Virus record (IMG/VR): IMGVR_UViG_3300043419_001095
Direction: 5' to 3' (one strand)
Source of the DNA: an uncultured virus (IMG/VR IMGVR_UViG_3300043419_001095)
Lineage: Duplodnaviria > Heunggongvirae > Uroviricota > Caudoviricetes
Length of the DNA stretch: 20,000 bases
Positions 8,023-15,702 of this stretch are shown here, piece after piece; the first letter of the stretch is position 1, and each line of letters begins with the position of its first letter. The notes beneath the pieces are model-generated. The model ran no database searches. It had not been told where the DNA came from and saw nothing but the letters and a program-made list of their open reading frames with translations. The translations under genes were made by a program, and so were the position numbers.

Positions 8023-10014
8023 TTATTTCCCCTTTACAGGACCGCCTTCAAGCATCTTCATGAGTTTGTACATGCGCGCCGCGCCCTTGCGGCGACTTCC
8101 GTTGCCGGCATTGCGCACAGCTTTGGCAGTGAAGACGAACTCGCCATCCGACAGCATGGCCGGGATGTCGTCCGAGGTCCCAGTGCCGGGGCCGCTGATT
8201 GGACCCGTCTTGCGAGGGAAGTTTGTGGGCACAGGCGCACCACCCTTGGCAAAGTTTTGTACGGGCATCTGCTCGTAGAACATCGGCAGGCCATACATGC
8301 CTGCAACGTTGTAAGGCTGCGGTATGCCAGAGGGGGCACGTGTGATGCCGGTGGGCACAACTGGTGCAGCGCTCATCAACGGCATGGCTGCGGAGTAATC
8401 TGTGCTCACGATCGGATTAAAAGATGGGTTGATCGTAGGTGACTCCAGGCCGAAGCCGCCCTGCCGTATCAGCTTGTCCCGCTCGTTGGCCAAACGCACA
8501 GACTCGTTGTATCGGTCAGTCTCGGCCTTCGAGATGGGGTTGGTGTTGTCCTTGGCCTTGAAGCCGCCCAGTGCACCTGCTCCGAGGAGGCCCAGGCCGA
8601 TCTTTGGAACCAGGCCCATGCCTGCGGCTGCTGCAGGAGCAGCAGCGGTAGGTGCACCCGTTGCACTGACGGTGCTTGGAGTCAGGGCAGCTGTAGGAGC
8701 AGCGGGGGAAGGGCCAAACATCCGGCTGAAGAAGCCCTGGGACTCGGTGCCAGCAGGCGCTGTAGGCGCGATAGGCGCTGCGCCAGGCATGTTTGGAGAG
8801 CCAAACGACATCCGCTGATCAGGGATAGTCGAGAGCATGCTCCTGGCCGTGCCGTCGCTTTGCATGCCCGAAAACGGACTTTCTGGCTGCATGGCTGCCT
8901 GGGACTGGGGTTGAGCAGGTGTGCTCGGGGCTCCGGCTCGCGAGTTTTCAAGGCCCTGCAACGCAGCAGCCGACAGACCGGACATCAGACCGGACCTCAA
9001 AGCATCCTGAGTGCTCATGCCGCCGAGCTTGCCGATACCGGCACCCAGGACGCCAGTGGCCAAGCCGGTGTTCAACGCACTGCCTGCAGCACCTGGCAGG
9101 AAGCGGCTGAGCGTGCCCATGGGGCTGAAGCCGCCGATAGTGCCGCCGCCGCCAAAATAACCGGTGGCTCCGGCCATCAAGGCCTCTTTGAGGCTACCGC
9201 CACCGGCCAGAGTCACGCCACCAGCCGCCACAGCAGCAGTTCCTGCCTTGCCCAGCGTCATGCCGACGGCCGTTGGTCCGAGGACAGCGGCCAAACCCAC
9301 TGTGGCCAGGACACGGCCAACAGGGTTCTGAAGCACCTTCTTGAGGGCACCGCCGATCTTCTTAAAGGCCTTCTTGAGGAAGAACTCAGGCAGGCCCGTG
9401 ACCGGGTTGATCGTGCCCGAGCCGCCACGGCTCTTGAGCAACCGGGCTTCATCTGGGGTGATGTGGGCCAGCATGGTGTCGCCATTGCGGCCCTGAGCGG
9501 CCAGGTAAGACGCCACGTCGGCCAAACCGCCTTGGGCCATGGCCAACGGTTGAGTTCCGTCGAGGCCCTGCATGGCATCTACCCCCTGCACAGGAGGCAT
9601 GTCCGTCATGGGGGCCTGTGCCCCTTCAAACTGCATCAGCTGCATCTCATGCAAGAGGGAGATCAGTGCGCCCAGAAACTCTGGGTCGTATTCTTCCGGC
9701 ATGTCTTCGGGGTCGATGACGTCGGTATTGATGAGGTTTTGACGCAGCTGGTTGTACTCAGCGGGGTTCTGAGACATGTAGACCAGGGTCTCAAGCAGGG
9801 AACTGATCTCGTTCGGTGACAGTTCCACGTCAGCCAAGCTCTCGCGCATGGTCTGTTTGAGAGCAGCGTACTCTTCAGGGCTGCGCTCCTGAAGCACCGT
9901 TTGGGCTGCGTCGTAAGAGTCAGCGCTTGAAACAATGGGACGGTCGTCCGCAGGCGCTTCGCTCTGCATGGGCATGCCGTCTTGGGGCAGCGCCATGATT
10001 CCTTCATTTACCAT
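8023..10014 (-). CDS. Internal virion / DNA transfer protein with two AxGG-linked modules
   Basis: 663 aa. Acidic N-terminal ~158 aa, then MAQGG...GRNGDTMLAHITPDE...GTINPVTGLPEF, a cationic amphipathic helix and a long Gly/Ala hydrophobic region. C-terminal FAKGG...GPGTGTSDDIPAMLSDGEFV. SD GGAAAGGA. Confidence 0.78.
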   Translation of the reverse strand: MVNEGIMALPQDGMPMQSEAPADDRPIVSSADSYDAAQTVLQERSPEEYAALKQTMRESLADVELSPNEISSLLETLVYMSQNPAEYNQLRQNLINTDVIDPEDMPEEYDPEFLGALISLLHEMQLMQFEGAQAPMTDMPPVQGVDAMQGLDGTQPLAMAQGGLADVASYLAAQGRNGDTMLAHITPDEARLLKSRGGSGTINPVTGLPEFFLKKAFKKIGGALKKVLQNPVGRVLATVGLAAVLGPTAVGMTLGKAGTAAVAAGGVTLAGGGSLKEALMAGATGYFGGGGTIGGFSPMGTLSRFLPGAAGSALNTGLATGVLGAGIGKLGGMSTQDALRSGLMSGLSAAALQGLENSRAGAPSTPAQPQSQAAMQPESPFSGMQSDGTARSMLSTIPDQRMSFGSPNMPGAAPIAPTAPAGTESQGFFSRMFGPSPAAPTAALTPSTVSATGAPTAAAPAAAAGMGLVPKIGLGLLGAGALGGFKAKDNTNPISKAETDRYNESVRLANERDKLIRQGGFGLESPTINPSFNPIVSTDYSAAMPLMSAAPVVPTGITRAPSGIPQPYNVAGMYGLPMFYEQMPVQNFAKGGAPVPTNFPRKTGPISGPGTGTSDDIPAMLSDGEFVFTAKAVRNAGNGSRRKGAARMYKLMKMLEGGPVKGK

Positions 10015-10018
10015 GATA

Positions 10019-10073
10019 GTCCTTTCCAGTTTTTGCCAGTAGCCTCACGTGGGGCTGCGCGCCGGGAAAGGAC
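10019..10073 (-). promoter_or_regulatory. Structured 5' leader sequestering the Shine-Dalgarno of the first ejection gene
   Basis: Perfect 9-bp inverted repeat at 10019-10027 / 10065-10073. On the mRNA, GUCCUUUCC pairs with GGAAAGGAC, which contains the SD 5 nt before the ATG. Inner hairpin at 10039-10058. Confidence 0.6.
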
Positions 10074-10088
10074 GCGTGAATGGCTGAA

Positions 10089-10118
10089 ATTATCCAACAA
10101 AAAGTCAAGTTTTGTCCA
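10089..10118 (-). promoter_or_regulatory. Putative sigma70-type promoter for the ejection genes
   Basis: On the - strand, TGGACA-18 nt-GATAAT lies in an AT-rich patch of the longest intergenic region (108 nt). Confidence 0.45.
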
Positions 10119-10122
10119 CTCA

Positions 10123-10455
10123 TTAGGACCTGTCCATCTCTAAAAAGGACAATTGGAAGTCGACTGTGGCCACGCTGGAGGTGACTTTTAGGATGTCCCC
10201 GGTTTCCATGATGCACGGAACGCCGCTGAAAACGTCCATGGTCTGGTTCGCGGGCAGTGAATAGCTCTTCAACAGGGCAAACGCCGTGGCCCCGCCGCTT
10301 GGAAAGACATTCACGGACAACGAGGCCACGTTTGCATTGCGATTGGTCACGCGCAGGGAGGACAAAACGGACGTGTTGGCACTGGGCACGGTGTAGATCG
10401 TAGTCTCCGTGGCCGCTGACGGGGTCAGGTGCTTGCGCAGGTATTTGTTTGCCAT
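10123..10455 (-). CDS. Small virion/tail structural protein (beta-sandwich)
   Basis: 110 aa with a MAN...TTIYTVP...LSSLRVTN pattern commonly seen in phage tail modules; coupled to the upstream gene. Confidence 0.7.
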   Translation of the reverse strand: MANKYLRKHLTPSAATETTIYTVPSANTSVLSSLRVTNRNANVASLSVNVFPSGGATAFALLKSYSLPANQTMDVFSGVPCIMETGDILKVTSSVATVDFQLSFLEMDRS

Positions 10456-10456
10456 G

Positions 10457-11170
10457 TCACATCGCCGATAAGAAGTTGATGGTGAGGATCACCGACGGAA
10501 TTTCGGGGCGTGTCGGCGTGCTTTGGGCCGGATAGTGCTCCAAAAACACTTCAGTGCTGCTGGCCCACCAAGCAATCTCCAGATAATTGGTGGATGGGTC
10601 GTTGACCGTGAAGATGCCTGTGATGGCCGGGACAACATGGCCCCAGGTAGAGCTGTTTTTACGAACTGGGACGTCAAATCGAGTGTTACTGGAGGGGTAA
10701 TTGACGCTGGTGTCCTTGGCCCATACCTCAAACTCTTGCACCGCGTTGCTGCGGTTGGAGACCTGCAAGGTAAATGTTACCAAATACTGCCCGCCGCATG
10801 GCACGTAAATCTTGCTGTTGTCGACCACGCGAACGCCATTGGACAGTCCGACTACGTCATAGGTCAGCAGTTTTTCTGCAGTGGTACTGACGAGACCCTG
10901 GTCCAGGTTGGAAATCAGCATCGCATGAGGCAAGATGATGCCGTTGGAGAGCTGAAACCCCCGCAACCCGCCAGCAAAACCGCCGCCTGCTCCGCCGCCC
11001 ATGCCCATCCACGTGGCCGCAGCGGCAGTGTCTTGACTGGTGGTCGGGGTGTAGGTGTTGTTGAGCTGGAAAATGACCTGCTCGAGAGAACGCACCAGCT
11101 GGTTAAACTGCGCCGGATCGTAGCCCGCCTGGGTCGCGTTGGGCAGACGGACGTTGTTGATCTTGCTCAT
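10457..11170 (-). CDS. Tail needle/spike-like protein with N-terminal helix and putative C1q/BclA-like C-terminal domain
   Basis: 237 aa. N-terminus LPNATQAGYDPAQFNQLVRSLE, Gly linker and beta-rich C-terminus (GQYLVTFTLQV...YLEIAW...PSVILTI). ATGA overlap with the hub gene. Confidence 0.6.
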   Translation of the reverse strand: MSKINNVRLPNATQAGYDPAQFNQLVRSLEQVIFQLNNTYTPTTSQDTAAAATWMGMGGGAGGGFAGGLRGFQLSNGIILPHAMLISNLDQGLVSTTAEKLLTYDVVGLSNGVRVVDNSKIYVPCGGQYLVTFTLQVSNRSNAVQEFEVWAKDTSVNYPSSNTRFDVPVRKNSSTWGHVVPAITGIFTVNDPSTNYLEIAWWASSTEVFLEHYPAQSTPTRPEIPSVILTINFLSAM

Positions 11171-13020
11171 CGGATGCCATCCGGTTGAATGTCAACGCGC
11201 ATCGTGCCAAAGCGCCAGTTGGTATCCACCTCAGTACTCTCAATGCGCAGTTGAATCTGACGACCTCGTGCGCGCGTGTCCACCTTGTCCGTGGTGGGCG
11301 TGATGGTGTAGGGGTCCAAAGAGCTTGGTGTAGCACTGGTCTGTGGGTACAGACGCAAGAGCAGCCGCACCGTCAGGTCACCGACTTGGTTCTTGAAGTC
11401 CGGGATAAACCGCTTCATGAAGAGCACCTGGTCACCGTCTCCGATGTCGAAGTAGCCTGAGTAGACATACGCAAAGATGGGGCTGCCATCATCGTTGACG
11501 CCGGTTTCCTGGTTGTACAGGATAGACCTGCCCGGCGTCAGCCCAGCGATTGGAGTGAGGCTTGCTTGCGTTGCCAGGGGATCGTACTTCGTGGCCAAGG
11601 GCCGTGGGAATGAGCCCGTGTCCCGCCATGCTGTGCGTGCCAGCGTGCCGATGGACCAAACGTTTTCCAGGTAGTTGTACGTCACGCAGCGGTTGACATA
11701 TGAGCTGTCGGCCGTCGGATAGAACCACGTCACCTCGTTGAACTGGTTATTGATCGCCACGTTGACGGCAAAGCCCTGTCCAAGGTTGATGTTGTCATAC
11801 ACGTAATCCTGCACAGAAGAAGGCAGCTTCTTTACCGTACCGTCAAAGACAAAGAAGGCGTCCTTGCTCATCCAGTACGCCACGCCGTTGACGTCAGCAC
11901 AGGCATGTGGGCCGATGATGCCGCAGTTTGCGCCCAACTGTTGAAAGCCGAATGTGAAAGGCGGTCCAAGAAACTGCTGGCCGTGCAAGGCAGTATCCGT
12001 CCAAATCAAAATCTGGCCACGCGAGCGCAGTGCAGAGATGATCTCGTTGCCGTCCGTGAGCCGTTGTCCGCCGGCCGTGTTGGTGGCGGTGGCCACAAAG
12101 TCTCCGATGTTTTCCTGGCTTGAAAAGCGCACGAACATGGGGTCTTGGCTGGTTGGATCACCGAGCACGGACTCCGTGCCAAAGCACACCAAGTGCCTGT
12201 CAGGCGTGGAAATCAGGGCAAAGGCGCTTCTTGTCGGTGCCCCTACGATGGCAGTGGCCCGTACGCTAAGCCCCGAGTTCGGAGACCACTGGTAAATCGC
12301 CCCGTTCACCAACTGCATGATCAGGTCTTCACCGTAATTGTCAAACTGCCAGACTCGTGACCCCAGGGCAAGGCCCAAGACAGTAGGCGGACGGGGCGTG
12401 TTCCACGCAAAGGCGTTCCAGGGCCCTGTGTTCCACCCGTAATCGAAGAAGCTGACGTCGCTGCCTACGTTGATCTGATACACCGCGTTGGCCGATCCAG
12501 CGGCAGTGGCATTAGATGTAGCAGGAGTCGGGGACAAGATCGTGTACTGACTGGCAGTCAAGACCTGTTGAATCTCAAACTCCCCCGTCAAGCTGGCATT
12601 CGTGATGCCACCAGGATTGCCTGTAACCGTGTTGAATGTCACAAAATCCCCGACCACCGCACCGTGGCTGGCGTCGTTGACCGTGACCACGGCCGAGCCG
12701 TTGGTGGTAGTGAAAGTGACGGTGTCAGTTGCACGAATGGGGGTGATGTCTGCCCAGTCCCCGCCGTAGTAAACGTAAACCTTGCGATTGGTTCCGAGGA
12801 CCATGTAGGGCGTGCCGTCCAGCGCGTTCCAAGTGAAAACTTCGGAGACCGAGCCCACGAAATGAATCTGCGGGGTGTTGAACGACTCCCAGCCGCCTAC
12901 CTTCTCGGGCAGCCCGTAACGGAATCGCACAAAATCCGCATCTACCCAGCCGCCCTCAGCACCGTATTCGGTGTTTTGCTTGTCAACGCCGGGTTTGAGA
13001 AAGAGTCGAAGAAGTGCCAT
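11167..13020 (-). CDS. Tail hub / nozzle (P22 gp10-like DNA stabilisation protein)
   Basis: 617 aa, beta-propeller-like. Starts with KPGVDKQNTEYGAEGGWVDADFVRFRYGLPEKVGGW, contains DPMFVRFSSQE and ends with DTRARGRQI...WRFG...DIQPDG. Has an inserted Thr-rich beta domain (TTTNGSAVVTV...HGAVVGDFVTF). Confidence 0.82.
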   Translation of the reverse strand: MALLRLFLKPGVDKQNTEYGAEGGWVDADFVRFRYGLPEKVGGWESFNTPQIHFVGSVSEVFTWNALDGTPYMVLGTNRKVYVYYGGDWADITPIRATDTVTFTTTNGSAVVTVNDASHGAVVGDFVTFNTVTGNPGGITNASLTGEFEIQQVLTASQYTILSPTPATSNATAAGSANAVYQINVGSDVSFFDYGWNTGPWNAFAWNTPRPPTVLGLALGSRVWQFDNYGEDLIMQLVNGAIYQWSPNSGLSVRATAIVGAPTRSAFALISTPDRHLVCFGTESVLGDPTSQDPMFVRFSSQENIGDFVATATNTAGGQRLTDGNEIISALRSRGQILIWTDTALHGQQFLGPPFTFGFQQLGANCGIIGPHACADVNGVAYWMSKDAFFVFDGTVKKLPSSVQDYVYDNINLGQGFAVNVAINNQFNEVTWFYPTADSSYVNRCVTYNYLENVWSIGTLARTAWRDTGSFPRPLATKYDPLATQASLTPIAGLTPGRSILYNQETGVNDDGSPIFAYVYSGYFDIGDGDQVLFMKRFIPDFKNQVGDLTVRLLLRLYPQTSATPSSLDPYTITPTTDKVDTRARGRQIQLRIESTEVDTNWRFGTMRVDIQPDGIR

Positions 13021-13054
13021 GAGTGCGCCTTATTTCGTTGGTCCGCAGCCGTGG

Positions 13055-13213
13055 TCACCCCTTTGCGGCGCGCATGTTGTCAACCAGGTTGGGGTACGGA
13101 CGGCCTGCTTTTTTGGCAGCAGCTTTTGCCGCCGCCTTCTTGGCAGGGGTCAAAGCCTTGGGTTTTCCAAGGCTCTTAGGGCGTTTCTTGTCCCAGATCG
13201 GCGTGGCTTTCAT
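13055..13213 (-). CDS. 52-aa highly basic peptide (not in supplied ORF track)
   Basis: Hand translation: MKATPIWDKKRPKSLGKPKALTPAKKAAAKAAAKKAGRPYPNLVDNMRAAKG. SD GGAG lies 5 nt upstream, and the ORF fills the gap between two - strand genes. Confidence 0.85.
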   Translation of the reverse strand: MKATPIWDKKRPKSLGKPKALTPAKKAAAKAAAKKAGRPYPNLVDNMRAAKG

Positions 13214-13224
13214 AAAAACTCCAG

Positions 13225-13440
13225 TTATTTCATGGTCATGCCTGAGGCAGCAGGGATGGTTGTGATTTCGATGGCAACCGACTTCTGAAGGTTCAAGGCG
13301 TTGCCGCAGTCTGAGCAGGTGTCAGCGTCCAGTTCCGCCGGGTCCAGGTCATAGCCACACGCGCCACAGACCACCTCCACCAAATGAGAAGGCTCAATAC
13401 CGCCTTCAGGCAGTGTTCGGGACGGATTTTGTACTCTCAT
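13225..13440 (-). CDS. Small Zn-ribbon protein (CxxC...CxxC)
   Basis: Contains CGAC...CSDC. The ATG at 13440 has a GAAAGG SD and is preferred over the TTG at 13473 (71 aa). Confidence 0.8.
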   Translation of the reverse strand: MRVQNPSRTLPEGGIEPSHLVEVVCGACGYDLDPAELDADTCSDCGNALNLQKSVAIEITTIPAASGMTMK

Positions 13441-13501
13441 TGGAAAGACCTTTCTGCTATCAAATAGCCCCAATTACACCACCATTCACCCCGCATGTCA
13501 C

Positions 13502-14164
13502 CTAGGCTTGCATGCTCTGCATCGCACTGGCGTAGCGCTTCTTGCGGTCGTCAATGCCGATCAAGCCCCCGTTGATCTTCCTGGTCAACCCTTCAATGTC
13601 TTCGGCATCGGCAAAGGCATTGCATTTGTTGGTTGACCAAAACCAGGCGGCAGAGCGGGCAGCGTACACGGGCTCCAGCAACATGTCAGGATTGCTTACA
13701 AGATCGACCCCAAGCCCAGCGCTGCAGGCACGGTGATTATCCTTGCCGGTGAGCTGTTTGAGGCCTCTTCCCCGGTACTTCCACCCTTCACCAGACTCGG
13801 TAGGGCCGTTGCCCATGCGGTTGCTGTACACCACGTTGGCGATCATCTCCGGCTTGCGGTGAAGGGCAAGGGCGAACTTGTTGGGCTGGTTCTTGCCGTC
13901 CTTCTTGACAGGCTTGCCATCAGGGCCAAGCACCGCGAAGCGTTTTGGCCAAATTCCGGCCATGCCATCAGCGCTGTAGTTCAGGTTTTCCTGCAGGCGC
14001 TCAAAGCCGCCCGACTCGTGAGCGCACTGGGACAAAAAGCCTGCGATCCGCTGCGGGGTGCTGATGCTGAACTCCGCGCAGGCATTGGCCACAGCATCCG
14101 CCCACTTCTCGGCAGTGGCCTGTTTCACCCCAGCGGCGACGATGTGGTGAACCTGCGGAATCAT
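13502..14164 (-). CDS. Endolysin, glycoside hydrolase family 19 (chitinase-like)
   Basis: GH19 motifs FLSQCAHESGGF, ENLNYS, YRGRGLKQLTGKDN, SAAWFW and TRKINGG. No signal peptide or SAR domain. Confidence 0.95.
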   Translation of the reverse strand: MIPQVHHIVAAGVKQATAEKWADAVANACAEFSISTPQRIAGFLSQCAHESGGFERLQENLNYSADGMAGIWPKRFAVLGPDGKPVKKDGKNQPNKFALALHRKPEMIANVVYSNRMGNGPTESGEGWKYRGRGLKQLTGKDNHRACSAGLGVDLVSNPDMLLEPVYAARSAAWFWSTNKCNAFADAEDIEGLTRKINGGLIGIDDRKKRYASAMQSMQA

Positions 14165-14637
14165 TTCTTGTCCTTATTCCGGCTGCCCAGAGACGACCCC
14201 AGGAGGAACTGGAACATGGCCGCGACCATCGTACCGAGAACGAACCCAAGGATGGTGTCAGCAAAACGCACGTTGTCTTTGGGAATGTCCAAAAACGTGA
14301 TGCAGCCAATGTAGGCGGCGCACAAGACAGACCAGAAGGAGATGAAGTAGTAGACGAACCTGCGCACCAGTGGATCATTCGAGTCCATTGCCTTGAGCTG
14401 CATGTCCCGTGCGCCTTGCATGTTCTTCAGGTCGATCTCAGCCATGAACTCTTCGTGCTTGGCTGCTTCAGCGCTCCACTTGGCGTAGTCCTCTTTGGTT
14501 GCCTCGCCCTCAGGCTTAAGCTGGATACCCATCTTGTCCTGGACGTAATCCACGCCCTTGTCGATGACGGCATCCGCCACCTTGTGCATGTTGTTCTGGA
14601 TCAGTCCAGAGACGATCGAAGCGATGATCGGAAGCAT
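14161..14637 (-). CDS. Holin-like membrane protein (3TM/GTA-holin-like)
   Basis: 158 aa. N-terminal amphipathic/hydrophobic helix, ARDMQ motif, two C-terminal TM helices, and the ending FLLGSSLGSRNKDKK. Directly upstream of the endolysin. Confidence 0.75.
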   Translation of the reverse strand: MLPIIASIVSGLIQNNMHKVADAVIDKGVDYVQDKMGIQLKPEGEATKEDYAKWSAEAAKHEEFMAEIDLKNMQGARDMQLKAMDSNDPLVRRFVYYFISFWSVLCAAYIGCITFLDIPKDNVRFADTILGFVLGTMVAAMFQFLLGSSLGSRNKDKK

Positions 14638-15254
14638 CAGTTGCCCCTTTTGGTTAACATGGCGCTGGCGATTTCCAGCATGAATTTTACTTGGTCAAGG
14701 TCCTTGGGCGGCTCTGTCCAGCCTACAGTAACTTGGCCCACGAACCTGAAACTGTCTGGCGGCACGCTCACCCGGCAGGTGTACGCCACGCCCTTCTCCA
14801 AGTACCACAGGCCTACCTCAGACTGCGCGTAACGATATTCTCCGCAAGGAATCTCGTTGGTCATCAGCTTTACAACATCCGCATTGTTGGAAGGATTTTG
14901 GCTGAACAATCCGACGTCGATGTCCTCAATGCTTTTGTCTCTGCCGTCCTTGGTGTAGGCCCGATACAGCACTCGACTGTTGAACAAGGGGTTGACCTTG
15001 AAGACTGCCACCACCGTAGCCCCAGTCTTCTTCATCAGCATCGAGCCCACATCATCGGCACGGCTGGTATTGATCTCCGGCAGCTTTTTAGACTCCTTGT
15101 AGGCGTCTCGCATGAACTCCTGGTTCTGCCACAAGAAATACCCGGCAAAGGCCACGACGCCCATCACAAGGATGGCAAACAACTTGAATGGCGAGTCCAC
15201 ATACCCGAGCACTTTGTCGAGTGTGGTGTTGGCGTTCAGCTTCTCGTCGCTCAT
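14637..15254 (-). CDS. Single-TM protein with periplasmic GAF-like domain; candidate T4 gpT-type holin
   Basis: 205 aa. N-terminal amphipathic helix, TM at ~25-42 and a ~160-aa soluble domain with two Cys. Its size and motif pattern resemble T4 holin T as recalled. Confidence 0.6.
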   Translation of the reverse strand: MSDEKLNANTTLDKVLGYVDSPFKLFAILVMGVVAFAGYFLWQNQEFMRDAYKESKKLPEINTSRADDVGSMLMKKTGATVVAVFKVNPLFNSRVLYRAYTKDGRDKSIEDIDVGLFSQNPSNNADVVKLMTNEIPCGEYRYAQSEVGLWYLEKGVAYTCRVSVPPDSFRFVGQVTVGWTEPPKDLDQVKFMLEIASAMLTKRGN

Positions 15255-15697
15255 CTCAGGTGCAGCATGTACAAAACAATGCCGTAAATAATCAGCCCAG
15301 CCAGGATTACCGTAGCGATCCCGACCGCAATGTACTCAACCAATCGCTCCATTTTGGCCTTGCGTAGCCTGGCTGCTTTTTCTGCGGCCTCTTGGGCTTC
15401 CCTGCGCTTGCGAGCGGCGGCGGCTTGAAACTGCACCCAATCGTTCCACATGCCCGGACGTCCGGCGTAGACCATGCGTTCACGAAGCTCTTCTTCCTGC
15501 AGCCGGAGCTGCTCCAGCGCCATGAACTCCTCAAGGTCGGAGCCGCCGCCTTTCTTGTTGACGCTCTCTTGGATTTTTGCTTTGTTGTCAAAGTAATCAA
15601 AGACCTTGGAGCCCAAGGCTGACAGCTCCTTGCCGTTGGCAAGCGCTGCTTTGATTACCGAGAAAGCCGCATTTGCTGCTGCAATTTCTGCCAACAT
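15251..15697 (-). CDS. Coiled-coil protein with C-terminal TM anchor (lysis cassette, function unknown)
   Basis: Starts MLAEIAAANAAFSVIK, has charged helices and a TM segment YIAVGIATVILAGLIIYGIVLY. The ATG at 15697 with AGGTGA SD is preferred; the GTG at 15706 is an alternative. Confidence 0.8.
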   Translation of the reverse strand: MLAEIAAANAAFSVIKAALANGKELSALGSKVFDYFDNKAKIQESVNKKGGGSDLEEFMALEQLRLQEEELRERMVYAGRPGMWNDWVQFQAAAARKRREAQEAAEKAARLRKAKMERLVEYIAVGIATVILAGLIIYGIVLYMLHLR

Positions 15698-15702
15698 ACC
15701 TG

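Noticed and set aside
10004..10216. 70-aa - strand ORF spanning the intergenic leader
   Set aside because: It starts out of frame inside the 110-aa gene, has no SD and looks random. The region is better explained as promoter plus leader.
13055..13064. Slippery-looking A AAG GGG just before the stop of the 52-aa peptide
   Set aside because: Neither the -1 nor the +1 frame fuses to the downstream hub gene; both reach stops.
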